Source: Actinomycetota bacterium (GTDB taxonomy: Bacteria; Actinomycetota; UBA4738; HRBIN12). From it: a stretch of 64,000 bases of DNA. Where the stretch lies: positions 8,245-72,244 of the forward strand of contig JAXDJX010000017.1 in NCBI GenBank assembly GCA_034667405.1, in the 5' to 3' direction. Position numbers and translations under genes: made by a program. How positions within the stretch are numbered: the first letter of the stretch is position 1; every line of letters starts with the position of its first letter. The notes under the pieces are model-generated. The model was not told the origin of the DNA, ran no database searches, and was given only the letters and a program-made list of their open reading frames with translations. Shown here piece by piece: positions 39,980 to 50,522 of the stretch.

Positions 39980-40669
39980 ATGCAGGTCACGCTCGACGGG
40001 GTCATCGACTCACTGCAGGAGTTGGAGCGGTGCCGCACGGTAGACGAGTTCGCGGATCGAAGCATCGATCTGCTCTGGGACCTGATCCCGTCCGAAGACA
40101 TCGGTTTCAACGAGCTGGATGAGGCGCGCCGCCGCGTCGACGCGTACCGGTTTCGAAGCGTGAGTGACCCCGAGGAGGGGTCGGACGAGGTCTTCTGGTC
40201 CTACGCCGATGAACTGCCAATCTGCTGGGGTATCCCTCCCGGCGCGGCTGGCGTGGTGCGGACGCAGGACGTCGTTTCCCGGCGTGTGCTCCGCAGCATG
40301 AAGATCTATACGGAGGTGCTCCGTCCCTCCGGCATCGAGTTCGAGATGAAGATGGCTCTGGAGTCGCCGACGTGGATCAGCCGGGCGTTCATGTTCTCAA
40401 GATCGGATCGCGAGTACACAGATCGGGAAGCCGAACGCGCACGGCTGGTCGCTCCACATCTTGCCGCCATCTATCGACGGCTGCGCGCGACGTCTGCATT
40501 GACCTCGCGGGAGGTGGAGGTGATCGACCTGGTCGCTCGTGGCCTCACCAACCGGGAGATCGCGGCGCAGCTCAGCGTCTCGCCCGGCACCGTCCGCTCC
40601 CACCTTGAGCACGCGTTCGCGAAGCTCTCGGTCGGTACCAGGACGGCCGCGGTTGCCGCTCTACGCTGA
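39980..40669 (+). CDS. LuxR-family transcriptional regulator (N-terminal GAF-like sensor-like domain + C-terminal LuxR HTH)
   Basis: C-terminal TSREVEVIDLVARGLTNREIAAQLSVSPGTVRSHLEHAFAKL. Confidence 0.75.
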   Translation: MQVTLDGVIDSLQELERCRTVDEFADRSIDLLWDLIPSEDIGFNELDEARRRVDAYRFRSVSDPEEGSDEVFWSYADELPICWGIPPGAAGVVRTQDVVSRRVLRSMKIYTEVLRPSGIEFEMKMALESPTWISRAFMFSRSDREYTDREAERARLVAPHLAAIYRRLRATSALTSREVEVIDLVARGLTNREIAAQLSVSPGTVRSHLEHAFAKLSVGTRTAAVAALR

Positions 40670-40679
40670 GCGTTCTCCT

Positions 40680-41627
40680 TCACGCCTCGCCCGATGCCGC
40701 ACGGCCACGGAGCGCCCACTCAGCCGCGTCACCGGCCAGGTCCTGCAACCGCTCCGCGAAATGAGCGATCTCCTCGACGCTCAGCATCGACGCCCAGTCG
40801 CGCCTCCCACCCGAACGGAAGAACCGCTCGGGCGAGACCCACAGATCCATGTGGGCGTCGGGTGCGGTCGCGGCCGCGCGGGAGCGCATCGACGCGAACC
40901 CGGCCGCTTCGACGAACTCCGGCCATCGGTCCTGATCCACCTGGACCCCTAGTGCCGCGGCAACCCGCCGCATCTCGCTGTCGAGGTCGGCCCACATGTC
41001 GGTGTAGTGGAACAAGTGAACGTTCGGTTCGGTCCGCGCATCCCAGTACGTGCGGATGTGTTGGCAGTAGTCGTCCAACCCGTTCGGCCCGCTACCGGTC
41101 GGGGGCTCGTGATTGTCGATGAACCAGCGAACGAAGTCCCCGGGGTCCTCAGGCGGTTCTTCACGGTCGGAGAGGTCGGGCCCGACCGGGCCTGCCGCGG
41201 CCACGCGGAGTTCGTCCAGATGGTCCCGGCGCATGTTCTCGCTGTGATCGAGGTCGGAGAGCGCGACGTCGAGGGGATGACGGATCACGGCGATGTAGGT
41301 GACCGACTCGAGTCGCGGGAGCCCGTCGAGCGGCGTATGCGTCTTCATGAAGCGCCGGTGCGTCTGCGCGTCGAGGATGCCGAACACCTCGTCGTCGCTG
41401 CGGATCAACATGTCGAGCCACGGTGAGATCGTGCTGATCGGCGCGCCCAGGTCGACCCGGTCGAACAGCAGCATCCCGACGATGGTCTGCATCCATGTGG
41501 TGCCGCACTTGGCCGGTGTGGTGATCACGACATCGTCGGGCCGGAAGGTGAACCGTCCCCACCGCGCGCTGTCCGCCATGAAGCCCTGGTACCGGCGCAG
41601 CGCGGGTTGGGTCTTTTCAGACGTCAT
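40680..41627 (-). CDS. Sulfotransferase family protein (PAPS-dependent)
   Basis: 5'-PSB motif TPAKCGTTW (compare TYPKSGTTW). 3'-PB-like region. Confidence 0.75.
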   Translation of the reverse strand: MTSEKTQPALRRYQGFMADSARWGRFTFRPDDVVITTPAKCGTTWMQTIVGMLLFDRVDLGAPISTISPWLDMLIRSDDEVFGILDAQTHRRFMKTHTPLDGLPRLESVTYIAVIRHPLDVALSDLDHSENMRRDHLDELRVAAAGPVGPDLSDREEPPEDPGDFVRWFIDNHEPPTGSGPNGLDDYCQHIRTYWDARTEPNVHLFHYTDMWADLDSEMRRVAAALGVQVDQDRWPEFVEAAGFASMRSRAAATAPDAHMDLWVSPERFFRSGGRRDWASMLSVEEIAHFAERLQDLAGDAAEWALRGRAASGEA

Positions 41628-41633
41628 CTGTCC

Positions 41634-41912
41634 TCATCGGCGACCCCGGTCCTTGGCGATGCCGCGTCCTTTGCCGAACACACCGACATCGACCAGGACC
41701 CCCAGCACCACGATGATCGTTTTGCCGGCCTGTTCGTGGATCGAGTTCTGTGCGATCGCGTAGGCGATCGTGGTGGTCGGGAGGAAGAAGAACCCCAGGG
41801 TCGGCAGGAGCCATCGTCCGTACGCGCGGCTCATGTAGTGGGTGAAGAGCCATAGGAACGCGATGGCGAACCGCGGGGTGATGAACCCAAGCAGAACGAC
41901 CAGGCAGCCCAC
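41634..41912 (-). CDS. Small membrane protein (92 aa, 3 TM), immediately upstream of sulfotransferase
   Basis: 7-bp gap to the sulfotransferase start. Hydrophobic helices. High GC3. Confidence 0.4.
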   Translation of the reverse strand: MGCLVVLLGFITPRFAIAFLWLFTHYMSRAYGRWLLPTLGFFFLPTTTIAYAIAQNSIHEQAGKTIIVVLGVLVDVGVFGKGRGIAKDRGRR

Positions 41913-42037
41913 GGGCCCACTCTATAGAGGGGGCTCCGACGCCGTGCACGTCACCGCCTGCTCTTCAAGACCCCGTCTGCGCCATCGAGCAGACGCTGAC
42001 ACCGACCGGGTGGAAGACGCTTCGGACGTCCAGCGGC

Positions 42038-43510
42038 TCAAGTTTGTAGGTTCCACCACACTCCGCCGGGGCCGGTGTAGCTGGTTCCTTCTCCCCAGAC
42101 GCCGAACGTCTTGCCCGCGTTGGTGATCGCGATCTCGCCGTAGTCGCCATAGACCTCTTGGAAGCCCTGTGGCGTCTTGTACGCGGCACCGCCGGTGGCA
42201 TCGGAGATCTTCACCGGTGCGGTCCACGTCGTGCCGCCGTCGGTCGAACTGCGGTACCACACGTTCCAGGCGTCTACGTTGCCGTTGTTCGTCTGCATGT
42301 ACCAGACGCGGACATCGCCGCTGCCCGTGGCCTCGACCGTGGGGCTGGTCGCCTCCTCGCCTGCGACCGACAAGGCCGTCCGCGATCCCCAAGTGAGTCC
42401 GCCGTCGGTGGATCGTTTCACGAAGATCCGCTGCGGCCCCTGATCGACCGTGGCACCGTCGTAGACGTAGGTCAGGGCGCCGTTCGCGTCCGAACTGACA
42501 CCGCTGTGGCCCAGGTAGAAGTCCGAGCCGCATCCTGCGGCCGTGCACGGTTCGCCGATCGGCACGGTGTCGACCAAAACGTTCGTCCAGGTGGCGCCGT
42601 GATCCCTGGACACGAAGACACGGTGCTCCACCTGTCCGACCGCGGCGCCTCCCGGCCCCGAGTAGTCGATGCTGCCTTCGGAGAAGACCACCGTTCCGTC
42701 GGGAAGGACGGCGGCATCGTAGGCGAAGTAGTAGCGGGTCGAGTCGTCGACCTTGATCTGTGTCCAGGTGGCGCCGAAGTCATGCGACACTGCCATCCAC
42801 GGGTCCCCGCCCGTCGGTCCGTTGAACGAAACGTAGACGTCGCGGCCGGTTGGCGACGTCGTGAGGACGGGCTTGTCGGTCCATGAGACGTTTCCGAAGG
42901 TGCTCACGGGCTCACTCCACGTCTTGCCGTGATCGGTCGACTTGATGAACATGGTGTTGAACCCGTTCAGATACGCGGCATACACCGCGCCGGTGTTCTT
43001 CACGACCTCGACGATCGGGTCGTACTGCCAGGATCCCTTGCAGGCGCACAGGGGCTGGAGCTTCCCGAATGTCTTCCCGCCGTCCTTCGAGGTGCGCAAG
43101 GCCATCCACGGCACCGGGCAGTTGCCCGAACATGGCTTGGCGGCGAAATGCGTGGCGATCATGTAGACGTAGGGGGCGCTCGGGTCGGCGGCGACCGCCG
43201 GCTCCCAGTCGTCCGTGTTTGGATCGAAGACGGCCTCTCCCGTCCATCCCGGAGCCGCGCGATGGGGGATCCGTGGCGCGACCCCGAACGTCCCGTTGGC
43301 CTTCGCCTCGGCGATAGCCTCAAGGTGCTCGGCCGTCAACTCTTCTTGCTCTTGTGCCTCGGGGTTGGCGGTGCTGTTTGCGCGCGCCTGGTCGCCTGGG
43401 GCGTCTGCGCGAGAGCCTGCCGTCGAGGAGGGGTTCCGAAGGGCGCCGACCGCGAATGCGAAGAGCACCAAGAGTGCGACGACCAGAGCGACGAGGGACG
43501 AGCGGCGCAT
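42038..43510 (-). CDS. BNR/Asp-box repeat protein (sialidase/glycosyl hydrolase-like beta-propeller), secreted
   Basis: Signal-anchor. Five Asp-box S-x-D-x-G-x-T-W motifs (STDHGKTW, SHDFGATW, SRDHGATW, STDGGLTW, STDGGTTW). Confidence 0.7.
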   Translation of the reverse strand: MRRSSLVALVVALLVLFAFAVGALRNPSSTAGSRADAPGDQARANSTANPEAQEQEELTAEHLEAIAEAKANGTFGVAPRIPHRAAPGWTGEAVFDPNTDDWEPAVAADPSAPYVYMIATHFAAKPCSGNCPVPWMALRTSKDGGKTFGKLQPLCACKGSWQYDPIVEVVKNTGAVYAAYLNGFNTMFIKSTDHGKTWSEPVSTFGNVSWTDKPVLTTSPTGRDVYVSFNGPTGGDPWMAVSHDFGATWTQIKVDDSTRYYFAYDAAVLPDGTVVFSEGSIDYSGPGGAAVGQVEHRVFVSRDHGATWTNVLVDTVPIGEPCTAAGCGSDFYLGHSGVSSDANGALTYVYDGATVDQGPQRIFVKRSTDGGLTWGSRTALSVAGEEATSPTVEATGSGDVRVWYMQTNNGNVDAWNVWYRSSTDGGTTWTAPVKISDATGGAAYKTPQGFQEVYGDYGEIAITNAGKTFGVWGEGTSYTGPGGVWWNLQT

Positions 43511-43614
43511 CAGGGGGCCTCCTGTGTGAGGGCGAGGACACTGCTGTTGCCTCGAAACTAGTCAGTTCTTTCGCCTGGGTCAATGAGCGAGTGGAGCGCC
43601 CGTAGGATGGCGGG

Positions 43615-44658
43615 ATGGTGATGATGGACGCGCTGACGAAGCAGACCTCAGGCCCCGGGCTCACCCTGGCCAAGGTCCCGGTCCCCGTTATCGGGATCAA
43701 CGACCTCTTGATCCGGGTGGAGCGCGCCGGGATCTGTGGCACGGACCTCCATATCGCCGATTGGAACGAGTGGGCGCAGGACGCTGTGAAGCTACCCCTG
43801 GTGCTCGGCCACGAGTTCGTCGGGGAGGTGGTCGAGGTTGGTTCCAACGTCAGTGACTTCCGGCCGGGAGAGTTGGTCTCCGGGGAAGGACACGTCGTGT
43901 GTGGGCGCTGCAGGAACTGCATGGCGGGGCGGCGTCATCTGTGCGCGCAGAGTTCGAGCATCGGCGTGGATCGGCCCGGCGCGTTCGCCGAGTACATCGC
44001 GCTACCCATGACCAACGTGTGGCATCACGATCCGGCGATCGATCGAGACGTGGCGGCGATCTTCGACCCATTCGGCAACGCGGTTCACTCTGCGCTCCAG
44101 TTCCCGGTGCTGGGCGAAGACGTGCTCATCACCGGTGCCGGGCCGATCGGCCTGATGGCGTGCGCGGTCGTGCGTCACGCCGGCGCCCGGTACGTGGTGA
44201 TCACCGACGTCAATCCGCACCGCCTGGCGTTGGCGGAAGGACTGGGCGCGACGCGAGCGGTCGACATCCGCTCGACCTCACTCGCCGATGTCCAGAAAGA
44301 GCTGGACATGAAGGAAGGCTTCGACGTGGGCCTGGAGATGAGCGGCAACCCGGATGCGATGCACGACATGCTTGCGAACATGTGCCACGGCGGGAAGATC
44401 GCCCTGCTCGGCCTGCCCGACCATCCGTTCGCGATCGATTGGAACGCGGTGATCCACGACATGATCACCATCAAGGGTGTGTACGGCCGCGAGATGTATG
44501 AGACCTGGTACATGATGACCGTGATGATGCAAGGGGGCTTGGACGTCGCCCCGGTGATCACCCATCGCTTCCACTACTCGAAGTTCGAAGAGGCCTTCGA
44601 GGCCGCGCGGTCGGGCGAGGCGAGCAAGGTGCTCTTGTACTGGCGGGAGGAGCCATGA
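43615..44658 (+). CDS. tdh: L-threonine 3-dehydrogenase
   Basis: Zn-ADH fold: [44 protein letters not shown]. Overlaps kbl. Confidence 0.9.
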   Translation: MVMMDALTKQTSGPGLTLAKVPVPVIGINDLLIRVERAGICGTDLHIADWNEWAQDAVKLPLVLGHEFVGEVVEVGSNVSDFRPGELVSGEGHVVCGRCRNCMAGRRHLCAQSSSIGVDRPGAFAEYIALPMTNVWHHDPAIDRDVAAIFDPFGNAVHSALQFPVLGEDVLITGAGPIGLMACAVVRHAGARYVVITDVNPHRLALAEGLGATRAVDIRSTSLADVQKELDMKEGFDVGLEMSGNPDAMHDMLANMCHGGKIALLGLPDHPFAIDWNAVIHDMITIKGVYGREMYETWYMMTVMMQGGLDVAPVITHRFHYSKFEEAFEAARSGEASKVLLYWREEP

Positions 44659-45839
44659 TCGGGGACGTGCGCAAACAGCTCGACGGTGAGTTGGATGCGA
44701 TGAGAGAGGCCGGCACCTACAAGTCCGAGCGCGTGCTCTCGACGCCGCAAGGTGCCCACGTAGGGATCACTGGGCGTGAAGGCGACCAGATCGTCAACAT
44801 CTGCGCGAACGATTACCTGGGTCTGGCCAACCATCCCGAGATCGTCGCGGCCGCCCGCGATGCGCTCGATCGCTGGGGGTTCGGAGTGGCGTCCGTCCGG
44901 TTCATCTGTGGGACGCAGCAGCTGCACAAGGATCTGGAGGCCGCGCTGACCACGTTCCTCCAGACCGAGGACACCATCCTCTACCCCTCGTGCTTCGACG
45001 CGAACGGAGGGCTGTTCGAGACGTTGCTCACCGAGGAGGACGCGGTCATCTCCGACGCGCTGAACCACGCGAGCATCATCGACGGGATACGGCTCACGAA
45101 GGCCCGGCGCCTCCGCTACGCCAACGGCGACATGGACGAACTGGAGCGATGCCTGAAGGAGTCGGCGGGCGCTCGGCGCACACTCATCGCGACCGACGGC
45201 GTGTTCTCGATGGACGGTTTGATCGCAAACTTGTCGGCCATCTGCGATCTCGCCGAACGCTACGGCGCGATGGTCATGGTCGATGACTCCCACGGCGTCG
45301 GGGTGTTGGGGGCGCGTGGTCGTGGCACCCCGGAACATCACGGGGTGATAGACCGCATCGACATCCTCACGGGCACGCTCGGCAAGGCGCTCGGCGGCGG
45401 TGGCGGCGGGTACACGAGCGGTCGGCGGGAGATCGTCGAACTGATGCGGCAACGCTCGCGCCCCTACCTGTTCTCCAACAGCATCACCCCGGCGGTCGCC
45501 GGAGCGTCACTGCGTGCGATCGAACTGCTGTCCGCATCGACAGAGCTCCGGGACCGACTGGTGAAAAACACGACGCTGTTCCGCGAGTTGGTTGCCGCTT
45601 CCGGCCTCACCTTTCTGCCGGGGGAGCACCCGATCGTGCCCATCATGATCAGCGAAGAACGCCTACTGAAGCCCATCACCGATGGTGTGTTCGAGGCCGG
45701 TCTCCACGTGGCCGGCTTCTCCTACCCGGTGGTGCCCATGGGCAAGGCCCGCATCCGCACGCAGGTGTCGGCGGCACACAGCGAGGATGATCTCCGCTTC
45801 GCCGTCTCGACCCTGTCACGCGTAGCCGCTGCCAACTAG
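44655..45839 (+). CDS. kbl: Glycine C-acetyltransferase (2-amino-3-ketobutyrate CoA ligase)
   Basis: [15 protein letters not shown]...[17 protein letters not shown]...[16 protein letters not shown]-Lys region. Classic tdh-kbl pair. Confidence 0.9.
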   Translation: MIGDVRKQLDGELDAMREAGTYKSERVLSTPQGAHVGITGREGDQIVNICANDYLGLANHPEIVAAARDALDRWGFGVASVRFICGTQQLHKDLEAALTTFLQTEDTILYPSCFDANGGLFETLLTEEDAVISDALNHASIIDGIRLTKARRLRYANGDMDELERCLKESAGARRTLIATDGVFSMDGLIANLSAICDLAERYGAMVMVDDSHGVGVLGARGRGTPEHHGVIDRIDILTGTLGKALGGGGGGYTSGRREIVELMRQRSRPYLFSNSITPAVAGASLRAIELLSASTELRDRLVKNTTLFRELVAASGLTFLPGEHPIVPIMISEERLLKPITDGVFEAGLHVAGFSYPVVPMGKARIRTQVSAAHSEDDLRFAVSTLSRVAAAN

Positions 45840-46244
45840 GAGGTCTCACTTCCACTTCCGGGGCAGTTGTTGCCATCCCGCGAGAAGTAACGCACCATGT
45901 TCGGCACGAGAGGAAGGAGGTGGTCCAGCTTGCATGAACAGCCCGAGACCCTCGAGGTGACTGGCTGCTGAGCCGTCCCTCGCGGACGGGGCCACCTCCC
46001 CGTTCGCTCGCCGGGTGACCGGCAGAATCCAACCAGCTCACCGACCTCACAGCCGCCGGCTGGTCTACCGGCCGAAACCCCAGCAGGGGTGGAACCGCTA
46101 GTGAGTGCATAGCAACCGAACGGGCTGGGCCATGGCGGCTCAGCCCGTTCGCGTTCGTGGATCCGAAGCCCCGCCACTATTGCTTCCCCCGGCAACCGGG
46201 GAGTACGGTGGGCGGGTTCATACCTGATCTGGGAGGAGAGCGGT

Positions 46245-46724
46245 ATGAGACGGATCTCGATCCTGGCCCTTGGGGTAGCAGCCCTGTTGTTCGTCCCCGT
46301 CGCGTCGGCCCAAGCACACCCCCCGCACCAAGCGACGGACGAGTCTGATTTCGTTCTGAGGATCCGCTGTGACGGGTTCACCTTGGTCGACCAGGTGCAC
46401 ATCGAGGGTCGTCTCCAGCGCTTCTTCAACGAGGACGGGACGCGTCGCCGGGTCACCATCCACAACCGATGGGAAGGCACGATCACGAATAAAGCTACCG
46501 GCGAGTTCGTGGCGATCGATCCGGGCCATTGGACGGACACGTTGGTTGGGTCGGTCATCACGACCCGCGGACAGCTCTACAGCATCAAGATCGCCTCGCT
46601 CGGCATCTTCATCCACGGCGTCGGGAGGGTCGTCACGGATCTGCGTACCGGAGAGATCCTCTTCGAGTCTTCGACCGAGGCTCATCACCAGGACTACTCG
46701 GACCTCTGCAACGCCCTCGCGTGA
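46245..46724 (+). CDS. Secreted hypothetical protein (signal peptide)
   Basis: GGGAGGAG RBS. Signal LALGVAALLFVPVASAQA. No assignable domain. Confidence 0.55.
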   Translation: MRRISILALGVAALLFVPVASAQAHPPHQATDESDFVLRIRCDGFTLVDQVHIEGRLQRFFNEDGTRRRVTIHNRWEGTITNKATGEFVAIDPGHWTDTLVGSVITTRGQLYSIKIASLGIFIHGVGRVVTDLRTGEILFESSTEAHHQDYSDLCNALA

Positions 46725-46739
46725 AGGGAGGGGAACCGA

Positions 46740-47616
46740 TGCGTCAACATCAGCGGACATTTCGCAGCCTCTACGTCGCCGGTGCCCTCACGATCACGTT
46801 AGGAACTGCGGTCGCGATCGCTGCTCCGGCGTGGGCGACGTTCCCTGGCGCCAATGGACGCATCCTGTACTCGGCGCCCCTGTCGGGAGTGCAGACGGTC
46901 TTCTCCATCAACCCGAACGGCACGGGGGTCTTGGCACTCACCTCCACCCACGAGGCCGGCAACGCCGAGTGGTCCGCCGACGGGACGAAGATCGTCTTCG
47001 ATTCATACCGGAAGAACCATTGGAGCATCTTCGTGATGAACGCCAACGGAACCGGCGTGACCCGCATCACGAGCGGCGGTGACGATGTCGCCCCGACATG
47101 GTCACCCGACGGGACGAAGATCGCCTATGGCTCTCGCCTCGACGGCAACATCTATGTGATCAACGCCAACGGAACCGGCAAGACGCAGATCGCGAGCGCA
47201 GGTGCGCGGAACCAATCGCCTGACTGGTCACCCGACGGGACGAAGATCGCCTTCGATTCCTATCGCCAGAAGCACAACGACATCTTCGTGGTGAACCCGG
47301 ATGAACCGGCAGCGCCAAGCTGACCACGTTCGGCAGCAACTTCTCCCCGAGTTGGTCTCCCGGTGGCGGCAAGATCGTCTTCAGCACGTACGCCAACCAG
47401 CAGTACAGGATCGACGTGATGAACGCGAACGGAACCGGGAGGGTTGCCCTGAAGCAAGGAGGTCTGAACGTCGAGCCGGTCTGGTCACCCGACGGAACGA
47501 GGATCGCCTACACGGATAAGAGCGGCCTCAAGTCCTACGTCTACACCATGAACGCGAACGGCAGCGGAGCCACCTTGGTGAAGCGTGGCTACACGCCCGA
47601 CTGGCAGCCAGCTTAG
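46740..47616 (+). pseudogene. PD40/TolB-like beta-propeller paralog interrupted by a +1 frameshift (apparent 1-nt deletion near 47296)
   Basis: Frame A runs 46740..47323 (...IFVVNPDEPAAPS*). Frame B continues ...KLTTFGSNFSPSWSPGGGKIVFSTY...MNANGTGRVALKQ... to 47616. Restoring one G in gatg(g)aacc gives VNPDGTGSAKLTTFG, matching the upstream (I/V)xANGTG blade repeats. Confidence 0.6.
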
Positions 47617-48442
47617 ATCCGGGCCGACGAACGTCGGGCACCCCTCGGTGAGCGACAAACCTGCTCCTTCGTGGCAAGCTTGCCTCGCATGGTCCTGATG
47701 ATCGGTGGCCTCGCGATCGTGATCCTCGCCGTATCGGCTTGGTGGGGTTCCTCGATCGACCACAGAGCCGAAACGGCCGTCATCCGTGTCCCCCGGGAGC
47801 CGCGTTCCTTATTGCTCCGACCTCGTCGGCACCTCACGCTGGTACGCGCGTACCGGGATCCCGAAGCTCGACGCGATGGGTCAGGGGCGCGGACGATCTC
47901 AGTGGTTCAACGGGCATCAGTTGTTGCCATCGCGGTGGGGGTGCTGACCGCTGCAGCCGTGTTCGCTTCGTCCACGCCGGTGCGGGTCGAGGCCCGTCGA
48001 GTGTCTAGACGCGGCCAAGGTGTGTCGACGTCGCGCGGAGATGGATCAAGGCAGACGGTGTCCCGCCCGGCCGATGGCGAGTCACCGCGTCTCGGGGACG
48101 GAAGCGCAGACGCTCCGTCCGTCGCAGCGACCCACCGCACTCCCGACCCCACTCCGACGCCGGCGACAGACCTGAGTCCGTCCGACAGCTCGACGAGCTT
48201 CTCGGGCCTCGAACCCCCCAGGCTCGGCGGCCGGCATACCCGTCACGACGGAACCGCAAGACGCGATCCGAGCAGCCCCCGCCGAGCGAAGCATCAACGA
48301 CGAGCCCACCTCCCCGCTTCCACGGGCTAGCACTCCGCGTTCATATCTGCCCGCCTCCACATTTCCCTAGTGATCCGCTCATGCGAGCAGTGCGAATGGC
48401 TCGTGAGTAGCAAACCGACGGGGAGAAAGGCTAGGCCTTCCA

Positions 48443-48832
48443 TTGAGACCGCACCGCCTCATCATCGTGCTCGCCGCAGTGATCGTGCTCGGAGCATGCA
48501 GCGCCGAGAGGAGCGACACGACCGGCCAGGGAAGGACATCGTCGGTATCGCCCCCGGGTAGCTCGACCGAACCGGGGAAGGTCGTTATCCACACCTTCGC
48601 GTTCGAACCACAGACCATCAGTGTGACGGCTGGCACCACCGTGACATGGACCAATCAGGACGCGATCCTGCACACCGTCACGGCCGGGACATCCGCGAAG
48701 CCGGGAACCATGTTCGATTCGAAGCTGGACGGGATCGGCTCGACGTTCGACTTCACGTTCTCGAAGCCCGGCAGCTACCCGTACCACTGCAGCATCCACG
48801 AGGTCATGCAGGGCGTCGTCAACGTCACCTGA
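48443..48832 (+). CDS. Cupredoxin-like (plastocyanin/amicyanin-type blue copper) lipoprotein
   Basis: TTG start. Lipobox VLGAC. Copper-ligand pattern H...C-x-x-H-x-x-M (ILHTV...YPYHCSIHEVMQG). Confidence 0.75.
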   Translation: MRPHRLIIVLAAVIVLGACSAERSDTTGQGRTSSVSPPGSSTEPGKVVIHTFAFEPQTISVTAGTTVTWTNQDAILHTVTAGTSAKPGTMFDSKLDGIGSTFDFTFSKPGSYPYHCSIHEVMQGVVNVT

Positions 48833-48880
48833 CGCCCGCTCCGACCGCCATTCACACCGAGACCCAGGGAGGGTTAGACC

Positions 48881-50161
48881 ATGTATCGATGGATACGGAT
48901 CGCGGCGCTGTCCGCACTGGTCCCGTTAGTCGCAGCAGCCGCTTGTTCGAGCAACAGTTCAACCACCACGCCGCAGGCCACCGCATCGAGTGCCTCCGAT
49001 GGGATGGGATCGATGTCGTCTGCTGCTGCGATGACGGCCGACATCAGTACGGGGGCATCGTCACTCCGCGCGACGCTGAGCACGCTGCTCCAGAGTCATG
49101 TGTACCTGGCCGGCATCGCCACCGGCGCCGCGTTGCAGGACGGGCCGACATCGTCGTCCTTCAAGGCGGCAGCCGCCACGCTTGACCTCAACTCGCAGGA
49201 TCTCGCAGCGGCGGTTGGTTCCGTTTACGGAGACGCGGCGGGCAAGACCTTCCTCGCGCTGTGGCGCAAACACATCGGGTTCTTCGTCGACTACACGGTC
49301 GGCCTGGCAACCAAGGACAAGGCCATGGAGACCAAGGCCCTCAAGGACTTGGATGGTTACCGTGCCGACTTCGGCGCCTTCATCGAATCGGCAACCGGCG
49401 GGATCCTGAGCAAGGACGCCGTCGCGACCGAACTCAAGATGCACGTCGAGACGTTGGCCGCCGCCATCGCCGCACAGGCCGCGGGCAGCCCCAAGGCATT
49501 CGCCCTGCTGCGCACCGCCGCCAGTCACATGCCAATGACCGCCGATGTGTTGGCGACGGCCTTCACCCAGCAGTTCCCGGATAAGTTCCCGGGTTCGACG
49601 GAGGATCCTGCGGCAGCCCTGCGAACCGGTCTGGAAGACCTCCTGCAGGAGCACGTGTATCTCGCCGGGATCGCGACCGGGACGGCCCTGCACGACGGTG
49701 CGACATCACCGGCCTACAAGGCAGCTGCAGCGACGCTTGACCTCAACTCGCAGGATCTTGCCGCGGCAGTCGGCTCCGTCTACGGAGATGCAGCGGGCAA
49801 GACGTTCCTGGCGCTGTGGCGCAAGCACATCGGGTTCTTCGTCGACTACACGCTCGGCGCAGCCGCTGGTGACAAGAAGATGGAAGCTGCGGCCCTGAAG
49901 GACCTTGACGGCTACCGCGCCGACTTCGGTGCCTTCATCGAATCGGCCACGGGTGGGATCTTGAGCAAGGACGCCGTTGCGACCGAACTCAAGGGTCACA
50001 TCGAGACCCTCTCGGCCGCGATCGCTGCCCAAGCTGCCGGGAGTCCCAAGGCATACGGCCTGCTTCGCGAAGCCGGGAACCACATGCCGATGACGGCAGA
50101 CGTGCTGGCCGGTGCCTTCGTCCAGCAGTTCCCCGACAAGTTCGTGCCGGCTGGTTCGTAG
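48881..50161 (+). CDS. Lipoprotein composed of two tandem copies of an about 185-aa domain of unknown function
   Basis: Lipobox AAAACSS. Residues about 62-245 and about 247-426 align almost residue-for-residue (LLQxHVYLAGIATGxALxDG...FLALWRKHIGFFVDYT...LKDLDGYRADFGAFIESATGGILSKDAVATELK). Confidence 0.65.
   Translation: MYRWIRIAALSALVPLVAAAACSSNSSTTTPQATASSASDGMGSMSSAAAMTADISTGASSLRATLSTLLQSHVYLAGIATGAALQDGPTSSSFKAAAATLDLNSQDLAAAVGSVYGDAAGKTFLALWRKHIGFFVDYTVGLATKDKAMETKALKDLDGYRADFGAFIESATGGILSKDAVATELKMHVETLAAAIAAQAAGSPKAFALLRTAASHMPMTADVLATAFTQQFPDKFPGSTEDPAAALRTGLEDLLQEHVYLAGIATGTALHDGATSPAYKAAAATLDLNSQDLAAAVGSVYGDAAGKTFLALWRKHIGFFVDYTLGAAAGDKKMEAAALKDLDGYRADFGAFIESATGGILSKDAVATELKGHIETLSAAIAAQAAGSPKAYGLLREAGNHMPMTADVLAGAFVQQFPDKFVPAGS
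49064..50160. repeat. Intragenic tandem duplication, period about 555 bp, near-identical at DNA level
   Basis: For example 49190-49300 vs 49745-49855: ctcaactcgcaggatct...ttcttcgtcgactacacg with only a few substitutions. Confidence 0.6.
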
Positions 50162-50240
50162 TCCGCATCGGCGGCACGCACTCACGGAAAGAGGCTCCGG
50201 TGACCCCCCGTCCCGGAGCCTCTTCCGTGCGATGGCTCCA

Positions 50241-50522
50241 CTACTCGGACACGTCGGCGTCGCCGCGGACGGTCACCTTCGCTCCGACACGGACGACCTG
50301 ATCCCATGGGATGACGGGCTGGCCGTGGACCTTCGCCTCGCCCGGACCGCCACTTCCATGCGTACCGATGCCGTAACGCTCGAGGATCCCCCGCTTCCCG
50401 ACGATCAGCCCCGTGACCCGGAGATGCCCAGACGTGAGTTCTCCGCGGACGTCCCGGACGCGGCCGACGTGCTCGCCCGACTCGTTCACCACTTCCCGAT
50501 CCAGCAGCTCTGACAGTCTCAT
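50241..50522 (-). CDS. PRC-barrel domain protein (93 aa)
   Basis: MRLSELLDREVVNESGEHVGRVRDV...VTGLIVG is typical PRC-barrel. ATGA overlap with the upstream paralog. Confidence 0.6.
   Translation of the reverse strand: MRLSELLDREVVNESGEHVGRVRDVRGELTSGHLRVTGLIVGKRGILERYGIGTHGSGGPGEAKVHGQPVIPWDQVVRVGAKVTVRGDADVSE

Noticed and set aside
47671-48330. 219-aa ORF in gene-poor interval
   Set aside because: Third-codon positions are unusually A/T-rich for this genome. No domain. Probably non-coding (kept only as a finding).
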